Below, in pieces: positions 57,101 to 64,000 of a DNA stretch of 64,000 bases; the first letter of the stretch is position 1, and each line of letters begins with the position of its first letter. Made by a program: the position numbers and the translations under genes. The notes beneath the pieces are model-generated. The model saw nothing but the letters and a program-made list of their open reading frames with translations. It was not told the origin of the DNA and ran no database searches. The stretch lies in contig JAZDMR010000034.1 of NCBI GenBank assembly GCA_043800725.1, forward strand, positions 4,374 to 68,373. Reading direction: 5' to 3'. This stretch comes from a bacterium. GTDB lineage: Bacteria; Patescibacteriota; Patescibacteriia; HK-STAS-PATE-3.

Positions 57101-58773
57101 ACCGGCGGAGCGCCTCGATAAACATTAATAGAAGTAACGGTTGATTGGGAATCGTTATCTGTGGCCTTGGCTTGCAACTGATACGATCCGTAAGAAGAGA
57201 ATGTTTGGCTTTTATCCCAATTATCAAAAGCCCAGGCGCCGCCTCGGTTGGTGGCATTGCTATAAGCTTGGTTTGTGCAAGTGCCCAGACAGGCGCGCAC
57301 TCCGACAGTATCAACGTGTCCGTCATTATCCCCGGCTCGTCCGACGACCAAATACGGACTGGTCGTAATTAATCCGTTATTTACCGGATCAGTAATGGAA
57401 ATATAGGGCGGTACTAATGCGGTGGTGGTAAAAACTTTATCCCCGGAATCAACGCAGACAAAACCATTGCATGACCTCACCTTGTAGTGATAAGTAGTAT
57501 TGGGATTCAGTCCGGTTAACACTCTGCTGTGATCCGGAGACATTGTCGCGCTGCTAACGTGTGTTCCGTAAGCAGTGGTTGGCCCATAATAAACATGGGT
57601 ATCTGAATCCGTATTTGTAGTCCAGCTGATAGTGGCGCTCCGCGGCCCGATCGGATTGGCAGTCGGACCGGAAGTGATGGCTAAATTTGCTTCGTCAGCA
57701 AAGTCATACTTGGTTACCTGCCCGGACGAATTCCGATGAGTTACCCAGATAGAGTCTCCTACTAATTCCAAGCGCATAGGAGGGCCGGCGGCAGAAGTAT
57801 CCGCAATTCCTGTTTGTACGCGCTCGTATGTTTCAGTATTCCATCGCCGGACAACAACTGTATTATTATTATATTCAACTAAATCATAGATACTTTCTTC
57901 TTCATCATAAACAGCATCGCGAATAGTGGCTGAGGCTTGCTCAAAATAGACCGTGGTGAGTAAATCTGCCGGGTCATATACGCGTATATCAAAATAATTA
58001 TGTCCGAAAATCCATACTTTTTCACCGTCCCATATGCTGACTCCCGGATAATCAACATTGACATAATTAAACGAAGTGGAACGGGAATCAATCAATTCAA
58101 GAGTTTGTAGATTGAGAGTTTGTCTTACAAGTTTATATTGATAATTTGATGGCTGTCCGGGAATATGGGTGGTAGCGGCAACAAACAGCGTATTATTATC
58201 GATTGCGTGTACGCCAAATGGATCATAATATAAAGTAGCAGAAGGATACTGATATTCATCCAATAGATTACCTGACTGATCTATCTTATATATTTCACCA
58301 GCGGGCTGCGTTCCGGATTTCCCATAATATCGATTAGACATCTTGCGACTGAATTCATCCGCGTCATATTCAGGAGATGAGCTTCCTGTCTCTCCTCCTC
58401 CAGGATAATATTGGACATCGTCTCCTAAAATACGGATTATCGCGGAAGAATTATTCCCGCTCATTTTTCGCACCCAGATGTATGATCCATCCCAGTGAAT
58501 CGGCCCGGGTACGAAATCCGCCGGCGGATTAATTGTCTTGGTAACGCTGCCATTAGAAGGATTAACCCGCTTAATAACATGATCTTGAGCGCTTGAAAAC
58601 CAAACCGAAGAATTATCATAGGCCACATACGCCTGCTCGACGCCCAGATTATAAACCGTTTTTGTCAGGGCCTGAGCCGGCGCAGTCCACCCCAGTACGC
58701 TAACAACAACCAATATAGCCACGGCGCAAATAAATGACGCGCTGGTAAGTTTGAAAATTTGTGGCTTGGTCAT
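54199..58773 (-). CDS. Giant secreted protein (1524 aa) with at least three FN3 (PAP-N-like) domains and Ig-like repeats.
   Basis: Signal peptide (FICAVAILVVVSVLGWTAPAQA). FN3 motifs ATISWTTNTDSDTHVYYGPTTAYG...YHYKV, ITVNWTTDEPADGTLYYGTT...YYYQV and ATMTWATNEASDSRIYY. Repeated ~90-aa Ig-like segments (NIISHTNGQQVDTDTINLSGTATDADNNI and NITSHEDGEIVDNDSVTISGTASDPDGSI). Confidence 0.7.
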   Translation of the reverse strand: MTKPQIFKLTSASFICAVAILVVVSVLGWTAPAQALTKTVYNLGVEQAYVAYDNSSVWFSSAQDHVIKRVNPSNGSVTKTINPPADFVPGPIHWDGSYIWVRKMSGNNSSAIIRILGDDVQYYPGGGETGSSSPEYDADEFSRKMSNRYYGKSGTQPAGEIYKIDQSGNLLDEYQYPSATLYYDPFGVHAIDNNTLFVAATTHIPGQPSNYQYKLVRQTLNLQTLELIDSRSTSFNYVNVDYPGVSIWDGEKVWIFGHNYFDIRVYDPADLLTTVYFEQASATIRDAVYDEEESIYDLVEYNNNTVVVRRWNTETYERVQTGIADTSAAGPPMRLELVGDSIWVTHRNSSGQVTKYDFADEANLAITSGPTANPIGPRSATISWTTNTDSDTHVYYGPTTAYGTHVSSATMSPDHSRVLTGLNPNTTYHYKVRSCNGFVCVDSGDKVFTTTALVPPYISITDPVNNGLITTSPYLVVGRAGDNDGHVDTVGVRACLGTCTNQAYSNATNRGGAWAFDNWDKSQTFSSYGSYQLQAKATDNDSQSTVTSINVYRGAPPVVNIISHTNGQQVDTDTINLSGTATDADNNIDNPMRVQVNGGAWQPIDITSSQNVGWGPKTISLDVGGNTIRVEAEDATGFVGFKQIVVNRGQPPTINITSHEDGEIVDNDSVTISGTASDPDGSISQVHVRVNNGTWLLASGTATWSRPSIPLQPGENIIEARAKDNIGLYGYDAITLIYEAPYYEFSLVSDSPLTVYEGEQAQFTFNLTGFNNWSSEVLAERYARDNIPATRFSWADDNQFVPPSAPGQNLTLNINTANLVSDTYDLSARANKIGTSTYQVVYFQLIVADGPDFAISSADSQETIQPGSGATYPLHLQETTPVYNFDINLSINSIIPNHGGNITSLNFSTASLKASPYGSGDSTLTVTTNASLAIGTYTIQVKASGQDGSWNRTRYINLTLVVGDSPDYEILANPLSQEGELGGSVDYTLTLRETIPVYNWPVNVTLDQVWGDDEGDQSDKITTASLPNNITPSPNPGTDRVVTINISADAPPDTYTLTFKGVGTDLPLTQTHFATVELIIEEEPQPDFEVFHSDSDWIYYNISQGGSRIWDVQVRSINGFNEPVRMTIEDMFPNYPNEWQGVIVWFVDNDSDIITVTPPPDGTVDVNVVVLAGGSAECKQYEADAKGRDDQVVGPPDDYREAQINFKVVGCDTDNDPPVIDPASVVCLPGVGSITVNWTTDEPADGTLYYGTTSPPGSTEVEGDGYIINHLVTKSGLQEGADYYYQVESCDQSGNCTGRFPIPPGVCHTESFDDNEFPEVSWFDPTDGQTVSGTIPLKVTAFDNVGIVDVQFLVDGTSISTDTNPPGCAPYYCEQSWNTSSVSNGNHTLTAIAKDTSQNPGQDSITINVLNDSTAPICTGLEYQWGSNWATMTWATNEASDSRIYYCYEGTALGTCGKCIGNGYCANGQMGPLCYYCQAKIENTPVTEHAITIGGSDDPLESGQTYHFMAESCDAGLNCGQCGG

Positions 58774-59034
58774 GGTGGTGATGTTAGTTGATGATTGGTA
58801 ACTAGTAGTTACGAATTATTTAGTTACTTATTTAATGTATATTAATTATGTTACTTTCTTACTGACTTTTCCGCCTGAGGCGGATGCGCCTATGGCGCAA
58901 GTCAGGTTGTTAATTAATGCGCCTACGCTGCTCCCTACTGCACTCGCCTGACAGCAAAGTTGTTGGCGGGCAGGAAAGTGATTTTGAAGCTACTAGTAAT
59001 TGCTATTTATTAATTAATAATTGATAACTTTTTA

Positions 59035-62000
59035 TTAGCCTCCAATAAAATTAGTAATTGGATTAGCTGTATCGTAAAAGGGCTGACAGCCGATTTCAAA
59101 GTCGATCAGCGAACCGCATTCGGATACCTGGCTTGTTAAACTCTGCCTAAGAATGTAATAAGGCTGACAGCCGGGCCGGCCCGCATCGCTCGTGCCATAA
59201 GGCTGGCACTCAGGGCCGATTTCCAGATAGTTGCCTTTTTCATCCAAATGCAAAGTACAGTCAATATTACAGCCTTCAGAATAACGAGGCTGTTTGGGCG
59301 GATCTAGCGGGTCTCTAAACTCGGTACATCCCGCTGCTCCGGCATTGCACTGGCCTACCCAATAATTCGAGCAAGTAGCCACCGGGTCTCCGCAATCAGC
59401 GACCTCACAACAGTCATCATCAGTTCGGCAAGCGTAACCATCAAGAGGTCCGCCCGCACAAGTAACACTCGGTCGGCCAACTGATGGTACGGCTACGCAG
59501 ACTCCATTATTTTCCGGAACCGAAATCAAATTATGACAGTTGTTTTGATCGGTATTAATCGATCCTGAATGACGTCCGTCGCAATATGGCCGTGCTCCGC
59601 CATCGCCGCACTTACCCACGCTGCAGACCCCTCCCCCTAGTTCACAGTCCTGATCACTGTCATTTATAAGGCAGCTCTGGCCATTTTCCGGACCGCCCTG
59701 ACAAATATTGCCGCAATCTCCGTTATTCAAACACTGCTTGCTTTGATCAGCGCCGCCGTTGCAGGTGCCGGCGCAAACTAAACTGACTTCTTTTTCCTCG
59801 CCATCATAAGGATAGGCAATACAGTATCCTCCGGAAATCAAGCAGGCTTTTTGTTCTTCTACGGTCCGGCATAATTCACCGGCCAAGGCTCCGCCTCGGC
59901 AGGTCAGAGAAACTGTAGGACAGGGGTCATTGGTCCCGCTTATAAACCAACCGTCAACCAGCAGGCCTGATTGGGCTGCCCCGGTTCGATATTCACACGT
60001 ACGATTCCCAGGATCTCTGAAATACGACTGTGCTCCGGTAATCTCCTCGGTATATTCCGCACACCATAGTTCATCCGGATGACAAGCGCTGAAACTGTAG
60101 GTATCCGGATCATTGATCAAGTTAGCTGCTGACCAGTCTTGGACTTGATTATCCTTATCTATGACCGGCAAGCCAAATTCTTGGCAGCCTTGATCGTCGG
60201 CCCGGCAGCTGTATTTTGGTGAATTAACAAAACCGAGGGTGGTATCGCCGGGAACCAGGAATTCGGGATCCTCGTGTATCTTCTGAACAAAAGGATAATC
60301 TGAATTTTGGGTATAGGTGAAAGCCTCGCAGCCTACTGCGCGATCAGCGCACAGGTTGCTAAATGAAGTTATGGCAATAGGCTTATTATTTCGATCAATA
60401 TAAAGCGAGCAACCGGCATAGGCCGCTTCACAGCTGGTCTGGGTTCCTTTAATTTTAAAGATGCTGTCTATCGACTCAATAATGCTAATATTATCAATCC
60501 ATCCGCCCGGCAAAGTGCTGGTAACCGGAGTAGTGAATTCAAAAGTAAACACTGATGACGGCGGATCTGCGAGAAAATTCAAATAAACCGGCCCTAATTC
60601 ATATTCAGCCCATTCTGAAGTTACTGTTACGACCTGGCTGGGAACCTCGTTGCCAAACTCATCACTGATCCGAAAAGCCAACTGTCCGCCCGGATCACGG
60701 GGCTTGTACCAGAATTTAACGCCGTAGCTGTTGCCGTTGGAAATTGATTCAGACAGATCTATGCTGAATATCGTATCCTTAGTCGTGCGCATCGAGTGTC
60801 CGCCGGCATTGACTGACTCGTTGGAATAGCTGACACCGCCGACCCAGTCGCCGATGGTCCCGTTTTCAAAAGTATCCGAATAAATTGACCTGGTACTGCC
60901 GGCGGTCGTGCCTTTGTATTGCCGGCAACCGGCGGCTGATTCAGAACATCGAACGGCCTGGCTGGGAATTATCTGATAAATGTTATCAATCCCGGCTTGA
61001 GCGTCAATCGTATTGCGATACGGGTGGCAATCGTCAGACACAAAAATAGTCCTGGATTTCAATCGATAGAAAACTTCTCCATTATCGCCAAAGTACTCCG
61101 TACAGTCAGGATTAATGCCGATATCGGTGATTAAACAGGTCGCGATATTTGCTGGATCATCTTCGCAAACAGGATCCGTGATAGTGCTGCCGACTGATAG
61201 ATTGGTACACGGAGCCGTGCCTGTTTCCGGAAGCAGCGGACCCCCCTCGTCTGGGTCAAATGCCGTATTGACCAGATTGCTTTTTAGTAATTTGAAAGCC
61301 CGGAGCTGATAGCCGCTGTCCTCACTGCCTTCCCAAGTATAGAAATTGGCCGCATTGGGATCCGACGGCTTGACGCACTGCCGAATCTTAAGGAAGTACT
61401 CTTTTTCTTCGCCGCCCGAGCCCTCTATATCCAGATTGGTATATTCTTCGCAGCCTACCTGTGAAACACTGCATTGATTGCCAGATGACTCAATGAAATA
61501 AACCGGATCAATGACGGGCCGATCGGGAACTCTTTCGATGGGCATTTCCCTAAACTGCCGGCAGCCGACTTGGCTGTTGGGGCAGATATCCGAAGGAAGG
61601 ACAATTCCGCTAACCGATGATCCCAGGCCGATCGGGCGATATCTTTCACAGCCCACCTCGCCTTTGGTGCAGATAAGCGGACTTTCGGTAACCTTGAGAT
61701 TATCGCACCAGATACTGCCCGAGCCGTCAGCCTGAATGCCTCCGATATCAGAAGCCACGTTGTAGCAAAGAATTTTCACAAAACCGATATCCGGATTATT
61801 GGCCGTGATATTGAATCGTACTGGGGTCCAGTCTTGCGCGCCCAGGACAGCGAACTGATTATCCCCGTCTTCCACGGACGGCCTGATGTGGGTTTCAAAG
61901 TTGGCCAGCAAGCACTCGCTCGGCTCATCAGCCGGTGGGAAGAAAACATCATAAGCATCCGGCTGGTCTGGGCCGTAAACGCACTCGGTGACGATGGCGC

Positions 62001-64000
62001 CGAATGGCTTATCGCCCCCATTCGCGTCTAAATTCGTCTTAATCATGCCGCTGACCTCATAAGTCTTGCCGAATTCGACCGGAACCAGCTGCTCCGCGTA
62101 CAGGCGATTATTCGCCGTCGTAAGCTTTAAGGAAGTGGAATCAAAATAACCCAGGGTTTTATCAATCTCGGATATTCCGCCGGCTCCGAGCGCCCAGCCG
62201 TCAGGAATCAAATCATCAGCCGAAGAATTATCTTGGTCAGCTGGCGCGGGATATGAGAAAAAGTCAGTACCGTCGTCCAGGCTAAAGTCGCCGTTGGACA
62301 TCAGGGTGGTTTGATCGATTTTCAAAGATACCTCGTTAACAGTCTGATAATCAGTATAGCCGGTTAGCGTGTCGCCTATCTCAAGCTTGGCGCTGTCAAC
62401 AAGGGCGGAACATCCGGGAGGAGTATTGATATAAGCTATGATCCTTGAGTCTGTATAAACAAGTTCTGGAATATTGAAAGTCGCACTTAACCTTTGCCAA
62501 TCATCAGTATAATTGGCTGGCGGTTCATCAGCCACGCCCAGAGTAAATACTGTATCAAAGCTTTGCAGCCCAAAGCTGCTGTTACATGCGCCGCCAGTGC
62601 TTTTTCCATAATAAGAAAAAGTGACTGATAACCCGGACAAACTCCGATAAGTATCAAAAATATGTTCAATTCTTGTGCCGCTGGCACCTGATAACTGCAG
62701 TGAAGTGGAGTTGGGTGAGCCCACGCCGCTGGTATCTGTACTGATGGCCAATGTCTCAACTAAATTGCTGGAAGCCCGCCAGCCATCACAAACATAGGGT
62801 GAACCGCCACAATCAGCATTGGTCAAGCAGGCATTGCCATTCTGGCTGCAATATCCGAAGGTATCAGCCACAGCATCATCAGCCTCTCCGGAATAATATT
62901 CAAATCCGGCATTTTTCAGAACATTGGAGCCGTTTGAAGTGCGAACCAATTCTGTGCAGTCCACGGCGCTATCATTGCAGGACCGTACGTCACGGTCAAA
63001 GAAAAATTTATCACCGCTGTCTTCTCGGCAGTTCCAACTATTATTTACGTCATTATAACCATAATCAGAGCAATACCATTTACAACCGGCGTTTTCGGGA
63101 CTGCAGTCCCCTGAATCCAGGGTATCTTTCAGATAATAATTTTTAACGCCCAAAGCGTCAACATAAGTCCGGCAAGACGAATAATAACCAGGGCATTCTT
63201 CTCCGCCGAATCGCCAGATGGGCTTTTCTTCAAAGCAATAACCAAAAGCCAGACAATTGCCCCGTTCGTCTTCCTTTATGCAATTGGGCTCATCCACGCA
63301 AACTTCCGGATTGCGGGCGATTGTCCAGCTGCCGATATCGCCGCCGCCAATATCACTGGGACTGCAGTTATTCTTGCCGTCGCCATTGGTATCCTGATCA
63401 CAGTTAAATTGCCGGCTGATAATTTCATCGCCCGCGCCCTGCCTGCGGCAATAAGTCTCCGGAGCCTTCAATACCCAGGCAGGATCAATCAAGCCGCAGA
63501 AAGGCGAGGCTAAGAAATTATCAGGATTGAAAGGATCTACTATGCCGTGCTGAGCATCTTGTCCGCACCAGTCATATAAATCAATCAGTTCCTGCAAACC
63601 ATAAGCTTGCTGATCAGCATCTCGGATATGAATCGCGGCCAGCTCCCAGCCTACCGGGACGACGCGGTATTTGCGCAAATAAACAATGCTCCGATAGGGT
63701 ATGCCGGTCTCTGCTTCAACATTTGACTCATCAAAACCAAATGTCTTATTGCCGTTAATCAGGCCGTTTTCAATGGCTTCGCGTAATGTCATCTTATCGT
63801 CAATCGCCTGCCTGAATCCTGAATCAATAATGCCCGTAGATACCAGACGGTCGCTTACCGCTATGGTCGATTTGGCCGGATCGCCGGTACGATAGTCCAC
63901 TCTGGCCAAGCTAGAAAACTGCAAGCGGGCCGCGGCAATGCCCCTGGGCGCATTGGACCCGAATAAAAGACCTCCTAAGCGCGACTCGGTAGCTGACGGT
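59035..64000 (-). CDS. Giant Cys-rich protein (>1650 aa); its N-terminus lies beyond the right window edge.
   Basis: The reading frame stays open to position 64000; the ORF track begins at an internal TTG at 63924. Extremely Cys-rich C-terminal third (CAGTCNGGADQSKQCLNNGDCGNICQGG...CELGGGVCSVGKCGDGGARPYCDG). Confidence 0.7.
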   Translation of the reverse strand, partial: PSATESRLGGLLFGSNAPRGIAAARLQFSSLARVDYRTGDPAKSTIAVSDRLVSTGIIDSGFRQAIDDKMTLREAIENGLINGNKTFGFDESNVEAETGIPYRSIVYLRKYRVVPVGWELAAIHIRDADQQAYGLQELIDLYDWCGQDAQHGIVDPFNPDNFLASPFCGLIDPAWVLKAPETYCRRQGAGDEIISRQFNCDQDTNGDGKNNCSPSDIGGGDIGSWTIARNPEVCVDEPNCIKEDERGNCLAFGYCFEEKPIWRFGGEECPGYYSSCRTYVDALGVKNYYLKDTLDSGDCSPENAGCKWYCSDYGYNDVNNSWNCREDSGDKFFFDRDVRSCNDSAVDCTELVRTSNGSNVLKNAGFEYYSGEADDAVADTFGYCSQNGNACLTNADCGGSPYVCDGWRASSNLVETLAISTDTSGVGSPNSTSLQLSGASGTRIEHIFDTYRSLSGLSVTFSYYGKSTGGACNSSFGLQSFDTVFTLGVADEPPANYTDDWQRLSATFNIPELVYTDSRIIAYINTPPGCSALVDSAKLEIGDTLTGYTDYQTVNEVSLKIDQTTLMSNGDFSLDDGTDFFSYPAPADQDNSSADDLIPDGWALGAGGISEIDKTLGYFDSTSLKLTTANNRLYAEQLVPVEFGKTYEVSGMIKTNLDANGGDKPFGAIVTECVYGPDQPDAYDVFFPPADEPSECLLANFETHIRPSVEDGDNQFAVLGAQDWTPVRFNITANNPDIGFVKILCYNVASDIGGIQADGSGSIWCDNLKVTESPLICTKGEVGCERYRPIGLGSSVSGIVLPSDICPNSQVGCRQFREMPIERVPDRPVIDPVYFIESSGNQCSVSQVGCEEYTNLDIEGSGGEEKEYFLKIRQCVKPSDPNAANFYTWEGSEDSGYQLRAFKLLKSNLVNTAFDPDEGGPLLPETGTAPCTNLSVGSTITDPVCEDDPANIATCLITDIGINPDCTEYFGDNGEVFYRLKSRTIFVSDDCHPYRNTIDAQAGIDNIYQIIPSQAVRCSESAAGCRQYKGTTAGSTRSIYSDTFENGTIGDWVGGVSYSNESVNAGGHSMRTTKDTIFSIDLSESISNGNSYGVKFWYKPRDPGGQLAFRISDEFGNEVPSQVVTVTSEWAEYELGPVYLNFLADPPSSVFTFEFTTPVTSTLPGGWIDNISIIESIDSIFKIKGTQTSCEAAYAGCSLYIDRNNKPIAITSFSNLCADRAVGCEAFTYTQNSDYPFVQKIHEDPEFLVPGDTTLGFVNSPKYSCRADDQGCQEFGLPVIDKDNQVQDWSAANLINDPDTYSFSACHPDELWCAEYTEEITGAQSYFRDPGNRTCEYRTGAAQSGLLVDGWFISGTNDPCPTVSLTCRGGALAGELCRTVEEQKACLISGGYCIAYPYDGEEKEVSLVCAGTCNGGADQSKQCLNNGDCGNICQGGPENGQSCLINDSDQDCELGGGVCSVGKCGDGGARPYCDGRHSGSINTDQNNCHNLISVPENNGVCVAVPSVGRPSVTCAGGPLDGYACRTDDDCCEVADCGDPVATCSNYWVGQCNAGAAGCTEFRDPLDPPKQPRYSEGCNIDCTLHLDEKGNYLEIGPECQPYGTSDAGRPGCQPYYILRQSLTSQVSECGSLIDFEIGCQPFYDTANPITNFIGG

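Noticed and set aside
58774-59034. Hairpins CCGCCTGAGGCGG and GCGCCTATGGCGC in the intergenic region between the two giant genes, considered as terminators or a small RNA.
   Set aside because: Neither is followed by a U-run in the orientation of the flanking minus-strand genes. The region is more likely an internal promoter or processing region and cannot be assigned from sequence alone.
1-64000. Alternative genetic code with UGA as sense, considered because of the in-frame TGA in the GIY-YIG ORF and the CPR-like gene content.
   Set aside because: TGA is used as a terminator at well-supported gene junctions (the pilN stop in the ATGA overlap at 1603..1606, and the ORF97 stop in the GTGA overlap at 629..632). 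Gene lengths under the standard code are all family-typical.
1-64000. CRISPR array or regularly spaced short repeats.
   Set aside because: None found on reading. The only regular repeats are low-complexity coding repeats (NTN tails) and the tRNA-fragment and VirB2-core duplications reported above.

Overview
The window is gene-dense and resembles a small-genome, surface-appendage-rich bacterium of the CPR/Patescibacteria type; that taxonomic reading is an inference from gene content, not a lineage call. Four blocks are visible.

1. 1..4130, minus strand: a type IV pilus assembly operon, pilM-pilN-pilO-small membrane protein-pilB (partial at the window edge), with a near-consensus sigma70 promoter upstream of pilM.

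2. 4135..19591, minus strand: seven consecutive, translationally coupled genes for secreted proteins (signal peptide + large ectodomain). Several are giant: PQQ/PilY1-like beta-propellers, FN3 (purple-acid-phosphatase-N-like) domains and Cys-rich stretches. They share a conserved 'IGNAGRD...IYLRP...CYAGYF...YCC' module, and a piece of that module also occurs in the 97-aa protein inside the pil operon.

3. 19791..32305, plus strand: housekeeping genes (LemA, HtpX, two membrane proteins, ClpC-like AAA+ chaperone, ComF, CaCA exchanger, RecG, HD hydrolase) around a tRNA island. The island carries tRNA-Ser(GCT), tRNA-Ser(TGA), tRNA-Arg(GCG), duplicated tRNA fragments, and a GIY-YIG ORF interrupted by an in-frame TGA.

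4. 32658..64000, minus strand: radA followed by a roughly 30-kb, tightly packed, probably single transcription unit (operon status inferred from spacing only), read from the right edge leftward. In that order it holds three giant secreted Cys-/FN3-rich proteins (one continuing past the right edge), then a VirB6/TrbL-like polytopic membrane protein with a long charged tail, three hypotheticals, a VirB3-like small membrane protein, a split VirB4 ATPase (separate N-domain gene plus ATPase gene), two membrane proteins, two paralogous VirB2-like proteins, a TolB-like propeller, a DsbA-like thioredoxin and an SLT (VirB1-like) lytic transglycosylase.

No CRISPR array, rRNA gene or recognisable transposase was seen. 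All domain calls rest on motifs read directly from the translations; no database search was run.
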